Below, piece after piece: positions 39,778 to 50,538 of a stretch of DNA of 64,000 nt. Made by a program: the position numbers and the translations under genes. Each line of letters opens with the position of its first letter. Within the stretch, counting starts at the first letter, position 1. Below the pieces are notes generated by a model. It was not told where the DNA came from. It was given only the letters and a program-made list of their open reading frames with translations, and did no database searches. This stretch comes from Candidatus Eiseniibacteriota bacterium (GTDB lineage: Bacteria > Eisenbacteria > RBG-16-71-46), in contig CAVQXP010000003.1 in NCBI GenBank assembly GCA_963717935.1, forward strand, positions 56,819-120,818, read 5' to 3'.

Positions 39778-41779
39778 ACCCAAGACTACCGTTTCGCCAT
39801 CATGCACGGCCACGGAGCTGTCAATTTCTTTTTTATCAATAGTTGGGGATTGCTTTTGTGTTGCTGAAGCGGAAGATGCTACTGGTACTACGTTACTGAC
39901 AATTTGTTTCAGTTTCATAATCACCAAGCCGTTGGCATTGACTCTGGGAGTGACATCCAGGGTAACACCGGTATCTTTATATTGAATGGTATTGGATACG
40001 GCTCCATTGTTAATAGCACCACCCAGAGGGATCGTGGTACTGCCGGTTGATATGGGGACTTGTTGACCCACATTTATTTTTGCTTTCTGATTATTTAACA
40101 CCATTAACGAAGGTGAAGAAATAACGTTGACATTTCCTAATGACGCCTCTGCACGTAAAAGCGCTTTCACCGAGCCCGCATTATAAAACATGCTAAGACC
40201 GCCGGTTGATGCTGCTGCTGCTGCTGCTGCTGCTGAGGGAAGACTACCTATAAATCCCGTGGGTTTATCGTCATTATTTAAATACCAGGCGATACCATAC
40301 TTTAAATTATCCTCTAATTTGACCTGCACGACTGTGGCATCAATCAAAACTTGTAGCGGCATTACATCCAGTTGGTTAATAATCGGCAAGATGACTTCGT
40401 AGTCTTGCGCAGAGGCCACGATAATCACTGAATTATTGGGTTCATCGGCAATGATATTTACCTTGCCGACATTGGCGACTTTAATATCTCCAGAGTCCAC
40501 TGCCTCCCGATGATTTTTCATCTGACTTATTTACGGCGAACGCTCCCAGATTGCCGGATGGCTCATTACCTGCCGATGACTTTTCATCAGACTGTGTAAA
40601 GGCTAGGGATCCCGGAGTGCCGGACAGCGTATTACCAGTATTGCCGGTATTGCTCGCATTCGACATTGATGAAGCTGTTTCTCCAGGCGCAACCTTGGCT
40701 GATTTGGTTTTTTTGGCACCCCCTGAGAAAATTGCATTCAAGGTATCTGCCAATTCCCCGGCATCAGCATGTTGCACTTTATAGACATTTACACCACCGC
40801 CCGAAGCCGTATTGGCCTTATCCAACCTGAATACCCAGTTTTCAATATCATTCAGATAGTGCGCCTGACGGGTAACCGCCAAGACCGCATTTAAGCGATC
40901 TATCGGTAAAAACTCAAAAAACTCTGATTTGTCGCCTTTACCTTTTGGATGAAAAACCGTTTGTAACTCTTCAATCATGGTGTCAGGATCAACATGGGCC
41001 AATGGGAATAAACCAAATGAACGCCCCTTTAATAAATCAATATCAAAAGTGCTGACTAAATCCATTACCCTCGCGATTTCATCGGCTGTTCCCGAAGCCA
41101 CCATAATATTGCGGGCGGGATCTACATTGAGTATGGTTTTTTCATGCACCAAGGGTTTCAAAATATCGGCAATTTCCTGCACGGCGACGTTTCTAACCGG
41201 TATAACCCGAGTTTGATACCCTGATCGACTACTTGACATATCGGAAATAAATAAGGCATCTGCCACAGGCTCAATATGATAAATCTTGCCATTCTTAACC
41301 AAAGCCGCATTGTTCATCCGCAGAACCATTTCCAGGGTAGGCAGTAACTCTTCTTTGGTTAAGGGTTCAGTGGTTTGTAACGTGACCTTGCCGACTACTT
41401 TGGGGCTTAATACGTAGTTTTGCCCGAGGATATCGCTCAAGATCACTTTTGCCACTTCGCCAAGGTCGGCATCATCAAAGTTAAGACTGTATGAACCCGT
41501 ACCCGTCGAGGGCGTTTTTCTGTTTTGCGGCGTGGTACCGGATACAAAACGGTCAGTCCCCGGATACAGCTCACTTTTTGTTTGTTTCGATCCGGCAGCG
41601 GGTGGTTTATTTTGCATTTGCTGAAAAACCACATCCGGTTGCTCCCTTGTTACTGAATCTAACGACCTTTTTGCGCTAAGTTGAGGGCCCATTAACTCAC
41701 AGCTTCCAAGTGATAAGCCTATAAGCAAAAAGCAGGAGGCCGTTGTTACTTTTTTAAAGTTACTCATTATTATTCTCAA
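39778..41779 (-). CDS. gspD: T2SS secretin (lipoprotein type); frameshift near 40495, C-terminus truncated at the junction
   Basis: LSLGSC lipobox; SLNFDDADL, QVLIDATVVQV, SSPSLMVLNNQKAKINVG, YKDTGVTLDVTPRVN, DGETVVLG. Confidence 0.92.
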
Positions 41780-42434
41780 ATTCCCCTTCTGCAGGTTCGG
41801 GTTCGGGTATCAGGTCGGGTTGTAGTTCTGGTTGTGGTTGGGGTTCAGGATCAGTTTCGGTTTCGGGTTGTGGTTCGATTTGAGGGTTATAAGGCATTTT
41901 TGGTACATTTGACTTCTTGGATGGATCTTTCGGTTTTATTTTTCGGAGCAGTAATTCCTTTTGCTGACTACCTTGCTTAAGGACGGCTCTGTCCTCAAGT
42001 ATTTTATCCAGTTTCCAGCCATCAAGATCTGCGCCAACACCAATTCTTCGATGGTTATCTTTCGCAACTTTTGATGTAGAGCGGCTAAATAATGCAGATA
42101 AGCCTTTTTTTGTCGTATAGACGCCGCTCAATTGCCAATCAAAAGGTTTTACCACCGCCACATTCTGTGCTTGCGCTTCTTCAGGGCTCGGTTCAGCTAC
42201 AGGTTTTCTGCCTTTAATAAACAGTGGCCTGGTAACCAAATCGGTATAACTTTCTTCCGACTGCCCTGTCAGCTCTATGCTCGGCATCTCGTCGTGAGAT
42301 TTTTTTGCATCCACTGAAGTTATTGAGGTCAGAATCTTTTTTTGTGTATGGGCTGCCCAGAAAGATTCTCCAAAAATAATCAGTGAGAACACGGCGCAAA
42401 CTGAAGCGAGCACAAAGATGAATTTACTGTTCAT
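41760..42434 (-). CDS. T2SS accessory protein (XpsN/GspC-like) with Pro/Glu-rich tail
   Basis: N-terminal TM, RPLF..GRKP motif, position between gspM and gspD. Confidence 0.65.
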   Translation of the reverse strand: MNSKFIFVLASVCAVFSLIIFGESFWAAHTQKKILTSITSVDAKKSHDEMPSIELTGQSEESYTDLVTRPLFIKGRKPVAEPSPEEAQAQNVAVVKPFDWQLSGVYTTKKGLSALFSRSTSKVAKDNHRRIGVGADLDGWKLDKILEDRAVLKQGSQQKELLLRKIKPKDPSKKSNVPKMPYNPQIEPQPETETDPEPQPQPELQPDLIPEPEPAEGEFENNNE

Positions 42435-43117
42435 TCTGCTTGTTTTCTCATAAAACTGACGGCCTGAAAGTTAACGTTCAATTCATTGCTGGCTTCGATT
42501 TGGCGTGTCAATCTATTCCTTGATCCACGCATAGGTCTAATATCAATCTGATCGATAATAATTAAAGGAGTCGATGTTTCTATCTTATAAAGAACAGCAC
42601 GCAAGGTTTCGCTATTTCCTGTCATTCTCACTCTGACGGTTATCCGGCTAAATTTGTCTTTATCATTATCTGGTGGAAGTGCTTGGGTACTACTCAATTG
42701 CCCTCCTGCATCAACTATCACCTTTTTGATAAATTCCTGCATTTCTGCAGATGCTAACGCATCAGTGGTCTGGCTATTAAAATAACCTTGCGTATCATGT
42801 TGTTGTTTTATTTTAGCCATGTTGGCAATAACAGTGTCTTTCGTCGCTAAAATTCTTTCATATTGCTGCAGCTTAAATATAAGATTATTTTTAGCTTCAT
42901 TTAACTCCATTTCCTTCCTGACCAACGGTGCGAAAATGACCAAAATGATAACGAGTAATACGGCAAATAACAAACCAACGGCGATCCAGCGTTGTTGTAA
43001 TTCATGAGCATCAAGTTTTTTATCTTTACTCACAATAAATTTTTCCTGCTTTAGCCGCATCAACAGTGATCTGAAACCGTTGAAGCTTGCTAAATCGAAT
43101 TTCTTATCTTTACTCAC
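42431..43117 (-). CDS. gspM: T2SS protein M
   Basis: TM plus coiled coil, ALASAEMQ, GGQLSSTQ, IETSTPLIIID; GTG start at 43117 or 43033. Confidence 0.8.
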   Translation of the reverse strand: MSKDKKFDLASFNGFRSLLMRLKQEKFIVSKDKKLDAHELQQRWIAVGLLFAVLLVIILVIFAPLVRKEMELNEAKNNLIFKLQQYERILATKDTVIANMAKIKQQHDTQGYFNSQTTDALASAEMQEFIKKVIVDAGGQLSSTQALPPDNDKDKFSRITVRVRMTGNSETLRAVLYKIETSTPLIIIDQIDIRPMRGSRNRLTRQIEASNELNVNFQAVSFMRKQAE

Positions 43118-43177
43118 TTTTAATTTTTCCTGCTTTAGCCACATCAACAGTGATCTGAAACCGTTCAAGCTTGCTAA
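43010..43177. repeat. 84-bp imperfect tandem duplication across the gspL/gspM junction
   Basis: TTATCTTTACTCAC at 43020 and 43104; AAGCTTGCTAA at 43083 and 43167. Confidence 0.9.
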
Positions 43178-44216
43178 TCATATCCTGAGTGACTGGCGAT
43201 GCAAATCGGGCATTAACAAACATATCAGAGGCCTCCAGGACGGCAATCAGTGTTGACGCTGCCGGAGATTCACCTTGTATTTGTAAATGTCCGTCCGAGT
43301 ATTGCGCATAGGTGAGCCATGTGTCGTTTTTAATAAGTGAACTTAAGGTATTCAACATATCTATCACTTTAGGCGTTTCGCTTTTCTCGGCAATCAACTG
43401 CCGGGTTTCATCTATTTCTGCATCAATGTCTGACTGCAATGCCCTAACTTTTTTGGCATCCTTTTCCAGGGCACTGGTTTTTAACTGCAAGGCGTTAACT
43501 GTTTGATATTCAAACCAGACGGGCATCGCAATAACCGCTACCAGCAGCAAACAAGTCAACGTTATTAGTGAAGAATGAATTAAACGGGGTATTTTTGAGG
43601 TTTTTTGCCTTAGCCTTTCGGGTAAAAGATTGTAACTGTCATAGAGTTGATCAAGATTATTGGGCGAACCCTCATAATCGGCTAATAATGGAAATAAGCC
43701 CATCGCTTTGATATCATCATAATGTCCATTAAGTAGTTGTCTGGTTGTCAATATCAACATGACCCTGATTTGTCCCGGCTCATTTTCACCAGCCAGCGGC
43801 TTGACGGCAAAATAGACTTGTTCTGTTTTAAATGGCGTATAGCGGTCAAGTTCGTAAGCGACGACCTGATATAGATTATCTTTTGCAGCGACAGGTAGGT
43901 TAAGTTCTTTTTGAATGGCGTCCTGTCCCGTTAATCTGAGTATTATATTGGCTTTCACCAACCGTTCATCTTTTTCACAAAGGCGCTGAAAGGTGAGGCC
44001 TCTGGCACCATTTTCCGGGATTTCCAGCGGTTCAATTTGCCCATTAAGCTGATAGGTCAACTCTAACTGGTCGCCTTTAGGTCTTACTATAATAAATCCT
44101 TGCTTGTTATTAACAAGCTGTTTTATTTTTTCAGGTACTAAAAAGCCAAGCTCCCGCGTCCACCAGCGGAAGAACCGATTGAATTCCAGATCAATTGTCG
44201 AGTTCAGTTTCAGCAT
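43110..44216 (-). CDS. gspL: T2SS protein L (PilN domain)
   Basis: FFRWW..EL, YELDRYTPF, NLLP, DTWL, GESPAAS, ERFQI. Confidence 0.85.
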   Translation of the reverse strand: MLKLNSTIDLEFNRFFRWWTRELGFLVPEKIKQLVNNKQGFIIVRPKGDQLELTYQLNGQIEPLEIPENGARGLTFQRLCEKDERLVKANIILRLTGQDAIQKELNLPVAAKDNLYQVVAYELDRYTPFKTEQVYFAVKPLAGENEPGQIRVMLILTTRQLLNGHYDDIKAMGLFPLLADYEGSPNNLDQLYDSYNLLPERLRQKTSKIPRLIHSSLITLTCLLLVAVIAMPVWFEYQTVNALQLKTSALEKDAKKVRALQSDIDAEIDETRQLIAEKSETPKVIDMLNTLSSLIKNDTWLTYAQYSDGHLQIQGESPAASTLIAVLEASDMFVNARFASPVTQDMISKLERFQITVDVAKAGKIKSE

Positions 44217-45168
44217 ACTGTTTCACTACTAATTCACTCATTGCATCGGTAAATAATGAGGCATTATTTGCGGTTAAATGCTGCCATTTTAATACTTGAA
44301 AGGGTGTTGTTTGAGCTTGGTCGGATTGGCTTATCGCCACGCTTATCACTGCACTGGATTCATCACTCATAAGGGCTTCAGAAACAAGGGAAATCACATT
44401 ATTTTGTCCGGAGGGGTTATTATTCAGTCCGGCGGGGCTATTTTGTCCTGAACTTGAAGGAAATGGCGGAGCAGGCAGATTATTTTTCGCGCTTTCCAGT
44501 CTGGCAGCAATATAGGAATCTACCAGCCCTCTATCCAAGCCGGGAATGACCTGTAATACTTCTTTGGCAGCCTGTTGCACTGTAACTTGCTGCTGCCCTG
44601 AATAAGTGGTGATTAATGGCTCAATCCAATTAAAAACTGCCTTATCCATACCCAATACCATCTGTAATTCTTCAATTGACTGAAAAGATTTATTTCCAGG
44701 CTGATAGTCCAAGCCCGCATCCTTATATTCTGCTTTTTCCGCGCCCTCTAAATGCACCAAATCATCTTCATCACGCCAATCGATAATGGCATTGACAAGC
44801 TTCTCTTGCTGATCCGAATCTACCGGGGAGGATGCCAACAAGCTTTTTAATAATCCTTCACTTGCCTTATTAATGTCTATTTTACCTTTTTCAGATAAAA
44901 GCCTTACCCGAACTTTGGCATCCGCCGCCGTAATTTCATAAATATTGCCGTCTGCACGCCAAGCTTTATCCGGTTCAGGGTTCAACAACATCATTTCAGC
45001 CATTGCAATACCGGACTCTGCAATAGCCAGAGCCTGGGCATTATTTTTAACCGCCCCTATAATAGAGGACTCGCGGCGCATACTCAGTGCAAAACTTCCG
45101 GCCATAATAGTCAGTAAACTCAACACCCACAGCACGAGAACCAAAGCCATACCCTTTTGCCGTATCAC
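44191..45168 (-). CDS. gspK: T2SS minor pseudopilin K
   Basis: QKGMALVLVLW, EKGKIDIN, IIDWRD.DD, EELQMVLG. Confidence 0.92.
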   Translation of the reverse strand: MIRQKGMALVLVLWVLSLLTIMAGSFALSMRRESSIIGAVKNNAQALAIAESGIAMAEMMLLNPEPDKAWRADGNIYEITAADAKVRVRLLSEKGKIDINKASEGLLKSLLASSPVDSDQQEKLVNAIIDWRDEDDLVHLEGAEKAEYKDAGLDYQPGNKSFQSIEELQMVLGMDKAVFNWIEPLITTYSGQQQVTVQQAAKEVLQVIPGLDRGLVDSYIAARLESAKNNLPAPPFPSSSGQNSPAGLNNNPSGQNNVISLVSEALMSDESSAVISVAISQSDQAQTTPFQVLKWQHLTANNASLFTDAMSELVVKQYAETELDN

Positions 45169-45184
45169 TCAAACGCCACTCAGT

Positions 45185-46029
45185 TTAATTAGTATTTTGA
45201 AAGTTGCCAGCATTGTTTGTATTATCAATGCCGAGACCTCCGTTGCTTGCCTCGCCCGTAACCTTAAGATCAATTATCATTTCCGGCCAGTAGATGCCAT
45301 TTTCCAGTTGGATGTTAATTTTAACTAATCGGGGCAGAACTGTTTTATTCAGCCATTCCGCATTCCAGACTCCTTCGCTCATTCCATCCTCTGAACCAAA
45401 ATAAGCCAGGGAAAAATCGCTTACGTGCCTTATTAACGTCACCTCTTCATCGGGCCATTTTGAGCCCTCGGCCAACTTGGCAAACGGGGTTAAATTCACT
45501 TTAACAATCGGCTCATTATCTTCTTCCGTCAGAGATAAGGAAAATAACTGTAAACCGGACCTGCCGGCACTTGCCGGGAAAGCTGAAACAAAATGTACAG
45601 AGTCTGCATTGCCTTGAAAAGAAAAAGTTTTCTCTTCATCTTCTTTAAAATCATTCCATAAGGGTTGTGCAACAGATAGATGCCTTTGAAAAAAATTATA
45701 AACGACAGCGATTTCATTGACTTCAGATATCTTGGTTTCACCCTTCTCCCAGCTATCGGCACAAATTTTTAAACTGGTAAATAGTAGCACAACCATAATA
45801 CTTAATAGCGTCATCGCGATGAGTACTTCAATCAGGGTAAAGCCACCCGGGCGCGAGGAGCTCAAACGGTGTGATCGTTCAGTCCCCTCTTTGGAAAAGA
45901 GGGGTTAGGGGAGATTTTATTAGATAAATCCCCCTCAATCCCCCTTTTACAAAGGGGGAGGTGAACGCTTACCAAACGGCAGGTTTTTTTAATTCTGTGC
46001 CTTGTTCCCTGCGAATTAATTGCTCTCAT
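45185..46029 (-). CDS. gspJ: T2SS minor pseudopilin J; probable start 46029 with a frameshift in the leader (alternative TTG at 45865)
   Basis: GFTLIEVLIAM prepilin motif; C-terminal W...W....LPRLV..WPE. Confidence 0.85.
45871..45972. repeat. MITE/REP-like palindromic element, copy 1
   Basis: Near-identical to 57788-57890; internal CCCCTCTTT/AAAGAGGGG and CCCCCTTT/AAAGGGGG hairpins. Confidence 0.88.
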
Positions 46030-46441
46030 TTGTCTTATTGATCAATTTTAAAGTGGTTAATTTAACCTGTCTGTCATTGTCACCATCATCACCCCAACTT
46101 ACGATGACCTTAATTTTAAAGAGCTCTGCCTTCATAGTCGTAACATCAACATTTTCAGGATTAAACACAAACGGGCTGACTTCAACCAGCCAATGATATT
46201 TATTATTTTCCAGTCCTGAATCCTCGCCTGGTTGCAATGGCGTTTCCACTCCTGTTTTAGCCATTAAGCCTTCAGCAATTTGAACGGCCGCCGTATAGTC
46301 TTCTGCAACAACCGCCGTATTGACACCTGAGGAAAATATCTTTAGCAAGATACCCAACGAAATTGCGAGGATTGAAAATGCAATCAGGATTTCCAGCAAA
46401 GAAAACCCCTTTTGCTTATTTGCTGCCGCTGGTGTCTTCAA
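46016..46441 (-). CDS. gspI: T2SS minor pseudopilin I
   Basis: QKGFSLLEILIAF; VIVSW...LTTLK. Confidence 0.9.
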   Translation of the reverse strand: MKTPAAANKQKGFSLLEILIAFSILAISLGILLKIFSSGVNTAVVAEDYTAAVQIAEGLMAKTGVETPLQPGEDSGLENNKYHWLVEVSPFVFNPENVDVTTMKAELFKIKVIVSWGDDGDNDRQVKLTTLKLINKTNESN

Positions 46442-46946
46442 GTTCTATTTGACCGGTTAACCAGTTGATATCGATTTGCCAGGCTGCTTTGCCCCGCTCC
46501 AGCGTAACTCTGCCGCCCGTTGAGGAGCCGTCGGCAAAAAAACGGATACTCCCCAAACCTTTGCTGATTATCTCGCTTTGCGCAGTGACCACTGTGAGGT
46601 CAACGGTTTCGGGGATATAGAAAACCTTGTCCCGACCATTTACCGTGTAAGTGTTTTCTGAAAGATCAAAGGTTACGACAGTTTCCTGATGTGACATTAA
46701 AGCCTGTCCCCTGGCAAAGCGAAGAGCCGAAACAATGTCTCTGGCTGCGACTTTAAGCTCGGCTGAATCATTCCCGGAAGAAAGGTTAATGCCAATCACA
46801 GAAAAGCCTAATACGACAATAAATAACACAACAGTTAGTTCAAGCAGGGTAAAGCCTCTATTCAGGCCTAAGTTTGCAGGCACAAAGTGCCGGTTCTTTT
46901 TACCTGTGAACCTTATGCTGATCAGCTTATTCCCAACTGACAACAT
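46416..46946 (-). CDS. gspH: T2SS minor pseudopilin H (GspH/FimT)
   Basis: GFTLLELTVV; IRFFADGSSTGG; INWLTG; start uncertain. Confidence 0.88.
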   Translation of the reverse strand: MLSVGNKLISIRFTGKKNRHFVPANLGLNRGFTLLELTVVLFIVVLGFSVIGINLSSGNDSAELKVAARDIVSALRFARGQALMSHQETVVTFDLSENTYTVNGRDKVFYIPETVDLTVVTAQSEIISKGLGSIRFFADGSSTGGRVTLERGKAAWQIDINWLTGQIELEDTSGSK

Positions 46947-47355
46947 CCTGATCTTCGCCTGTACCACCTTCCTTACCGTCCGCACCCATGGAAGATATGT
47001 CAAACCTTCCGTGTTCGCCGGGGGACACATAATGGTATTCGTTCTGCCATGGATCAAGAGGTATTTTGGCTTTGCTTAAATACGGGCCGTTCCAGTGCTT
47101 TGCAGTGTCAGGCGCTTCAATTAATGCCTGCAAACCTTGCTCGGTAGTCGGATAATTTCCCGCATCCAGTTTATACATATCCAGCGTAGCCGACAGATCT
47201 TCAATTTGTACCTTTGCCGCTTTGGTTTTGGATTCGCCCATGTGCTTCATGACCTGTGGGCCGACAATCCCGGCCAGCATGGCAATAATGCCCAACACAA
47301 CCAATAACTCAAGTAAGGTGAAGCCTGCTTGCTTATCATTTTTAATATGTTTCAT
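46927..47355 (-). CDS. gspG: T2SS major pseudopilin G
   Basis: GFTLLELLVV, YPTTEQGLQAL, WNGPYL, DPW, GADG..GG.GED.D. Confidence 0.96.
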   Translation of the reverse strand: MKHIKNDKQAGFTLLELLVVLGIIAMLAGIVGPQVMKHMGESKTKAAKVQIEDLSATLDMYKLDAGNYPTTEQGLQALIEAPDTAKHWNGPYLSKAKIPLDPWQNEYHYVSPGEHGRFDISSMGADGKEGGTGEDQDVVSWE

Positions 47356-47372
47356 TGTTAGTTCCATTTTCG

Positions 47373-48618
47373 TTAAAAAGCTAAATCATTAACACTCAAG
47401 ATAGCCAGTAATATCGACACGATGATACCTGCTATCATCAACCCCAAGGTAATTATTAATGCGGGTTCAAGAATAGCCAGGAGTCTTTGTATGGCCACTC
47501 TTAGCTGTTTATCATAAATGCCCGCTACGCGCAGTAACATCTCTTCCAAGCGGCCCGTTTCTTCGCCCATTTTAATCATTTGCACGGCCATTTTAGGGAA
47601 CAAAGTATTTTGCAGTAAAGCATCCGATAAATGCTTACCTTGTTTTAACTGATCTTCTGCATCCTGAATAGCGGCTGCCAACACCAGATTGTCGACGGTT
47701 TCCCGCACAATGACCAAAGCCGACAATATTGAAACCCCATTGCCCAATAAAGTTCCCAGGGTTCGGGTGATATTGGCGGTTTCTTTATTAGTGATAATAT
47801 TCCCTGCCAAGGGCAGTTTCAGAAAACGTCCATCCCATACTTTCTTTCTTATCGGGTCGGCTAGCTGAAATTTCATATAGCTGCTGATAGAAAAAATAAC
47901 CGTCAGCAACGCCCACCAATAGCTTTGCAACCAGTCCGCCAGACCCACCACAACCTGGGTAGATATGGGCAATGCCTTGCCTGCGCTTTCAAACATTTCA
48001 GTAAATTGCGGTACGACAAAAGTCAACATAATAAACAGCGATGCCAGCGACATGACCAACAATATAATTGGATAAATTAATGCGGTGCTAACGGTATCTT
48101 TTAATTCTTGGGTGCGATCCAGATATTCCGATAAGCGTGTCAACACCTCGCCCAAGCTTCCGCCCGCCTCACCGGCACGAATCATATTCAGATAAAACTT
48201 GGTAAAAATACCGCGTCGTTTTGTATCCCTATCTGCTGATTTACGCCTTTCCAAAGCATCGGCCAATGAAGAGCCACCTTTCACTTTTTCAAGAACCCGA
48301 GTAATCAGCTTGGTCAACGGTTGATTGTCTTCAGCCAAATCCATTAATACAAATAACGATTTGTCCAGGGGCAAACCCGATTCCAACAAAACGGCCAATT
48401 GCCCCGTGAAGAAAGTGAGGTCTTTTTGTGATAGTTTTGAGTGTTTCCCACTAAAAAGTTTGCCAATAGACGACCCTGCTATTGGCGAGTTTTACATGGA
48501 TGGGGATATACCCTTCCGATTGCAATTGTGTAATCAGGAGTTGTTCGTCAATGGCGTCCCTTATCCCTTCTTCCGTTTCGCCCTGGCTATTAACTGCTTT
48601 AAAGCTAAATAATGGCAT
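47373..48618 (-). CDS. gspF: T2SS inner membrane platform protein F; frameshift near 48470
   Basis: MPLFSFKAVN, LLESGLPL, AGEAGGSL, ALIYP, GEETGRL, LEP. Confidence 0.92.
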
Positions 48619-48619
48619 C

Positions 48620-50335
48620 TTAAGTTTCCGACGTGACCCGCATGACTTCTTCCAGGGTCGTAACACCTTGCGTCACCTTAACCAAGCCGTTTTCATAAAG
48701 TGTTTGCATGCCTTCGGCAATGGCCAGTTTTTGAATGGCTCCGGCTTCTTCGTGTCCCATAATTAACTTGCGCAAGGGGTCGGTCATTGGCAAAAATTCA
48801 ATAATGGCGAGCCGTCCACGGTAACCGGTACCGGCGCATGCAGGACAACCGATTGGTTTATACAAAATGATATCGCCATCAGGTGCAAATCGTTGCAGAC
48901 GCAGCTCTTTAACAATTTCGGGTGCAGCAATAGCTCCTTGTTTACAAGCCGGGCATAATTTCCTGACCAGGCGCTGGGCCAATATGCCAAGAATGGTGGA
49001 GGTAAGCAAATATTCCTCCAGACCCATATCAAGCAAACGCGTTATACCGCCCGCCGCATCATTGGTATGCAGCGTTGACAATACCAAATGTCCGGTCAAT
49101 GCTGATTGCACGGCAATTCTTGCTGTTTCCAGGTCACGCATTTCCCCAATCATAATGACATCAGGGTCTTGCCGAACAATAGACCGTAAGGCTGATGCAA
49201 ACGTTAAGCCTATTTGCGGTTTTGCCTGAATTTGGTTAACCCCTTCCATTTGGTATTCCACGGGGTCTTCAACGGTAATTATTTTTCGTTCCGAGGTATT
49301 TAGCTGTTTTAATGCAGCATACATAGTCGTAGATTTACCGCTACCGGTCGGGCCGGTAATGAGAATAATGCCATGCGGCTGCGATAACACATCAATAAAC
49401 TGCTGAAGATGCCGTCCGGCAAAACCCAATGCGGCAAAATCCAGCACCGTATTTTCCTTATCCAGCAAGCGGATAACCACACTTTCGCCGTACATGGTCG
49501 GTATGGTCGAAACCCGTAAGTCCAGTTCTTTACCCAACATTTGTATTTTGATCCGGCCATCCTGAGGCAATCGCCGTTCGGCAATATTCAGTTTGGCCAT
49601 AATCTTGATACGTGAAATCACTGCTGCCGTTGACTTTACATTCGGGGCGATAATCTCCTGCAAAACCCCATCCACGCGTAGCCTTACTTTTAAGGATTGT
49701 TCGAAAGGTTCTATATGAATATCTGATGCCCGCGTTTCAATCGCCCGCTGCATAATCAAATTGACCATTTTAATAACAGGCGCTTCACTGGCAAGATCTT
49801 TCAAATGTTCTAAATCTTCTTCGCCCAAATCATCAACTGCCATGTCATCAACTACCTTATCCATTTTTGAGCGGTCTTCTCCGTACTGTACATCCAGTGC
49901 AGCATCAATTTCTGAAAGTACGCCTACTTTGGCAATGACAGGCTTTTCAGTCGCCAATCTAAGTGCATCAATTGTAAACCGATCATCGGGATCCATCATC
50001 GCCACGGTAATGTTATCTTCAGTATTACTTAAACCAATAACATGATAGTTCTTTAAAAAACGCAAAGACACTGTTTCCGGCAACTGCCTTTCCAGCGGGT
50101 AATCCTCCGCTGTCACTTTCTCAAAAAGGCCCGATTCGACAAACGCATCAGCTACGTCTGCTTCGGAACATAAACCCAGCTTGACCAGTAACTGGGGCAA
50201 GCCGTCGGCCACTGAGGTTTTTTTAACCCGCTCAACTTTTTTCAATTCCGATGCTGACAGTTTATTCCTTGTTTGTAATGTTGCTAGCAAAGACTGATAG
50301 GTCATTATTATGTCCACTGATTTAGTATTTTCCAT
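48620..50335 (-). CDS. gspE: T2SS ATPase
   Basis: ASDIHIEP, RRLPQDG, TGPTGSGKST, RQDPDVIMIGEMRD, TGHLVLSTLH, CPAC motifs. Confidence 0.96.
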   Translation of the reverse strand: MENTKSVDIIMTYQSLLATLQTRNKLSASELKKVERVKKTSVADGLPQLLVKLGLCSEADVADAFVESGLFEKVTAEDYPLERQLPETVSLRFLKNYHVIGLSNTEDNITVAMMDPDDRFTIDALRLATEKPVIAKVGVLSEIDAALDVQYGEDRSKMDKVVDDMAVDDLGEEDLEHLKDLASEAPVIKMVNLIMQRAIETRASDIHIEPFEQSLKVRLRVDGVLQEIIAPNVKSTAAVISRIKIMAKLNIAERRLPQDGRIKIQMLGKELDLRVSTIPTMYGESVVIRLLDKENTVLDFAALGFAGRHLQQFIDVLSQPHGIILITGPTGSGKSTTMYAALKQLNTSERKIITVEDPVEYQMEGVNQIQAKPQIGLTFASALRSIVRQDPDVIMIGEMRDLETARIAVQSALTGHLVLSTLHTNDAAGGITRLLDMGLEEYLLTSTILGILAQRLVRKLCPACKQGAIAAPEIVKELRLQRFAPDGDIILYKPIGCPACAGTGYRGRLAIIEFLPMTDPLRKLIMGHEEAGAIQKLAIAEGMQTLYENGLVKVTQGVTTLEEVMRVTSET

Positions 50336-50538
50336 TTTATCAGAGTGTTAATATTAATGGATGGAAAAAGTGGAATTAGTAATTTTGGCCAGTATTTCAT
50401 AATTCAGTTAATCATGGTTTTCACTGAACAAGGGACGACTTTACAGATAACTTCTGAAGGAATAAAGGGTGGGTTATTATCAATCCCAACTTAAGTTGAT
50501 GGCTTTAAGCAGGGTAACCCTTTAATATTGGGTGCAAC

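Noticed and set aside
40210..40234. (GCT)n microsatellite as a phase-variation tract
   Set aside because: Trinucleotide repeat encoding poly-Ala in a secretin loop; does not shift the frame
38387..40521. NuoF or GspD ORFs running across 39777 as novel fusions or an HGT boundary
   Set aside because: Both genes break mid-motif with no mobile-element signature; best explained as an artefactual join
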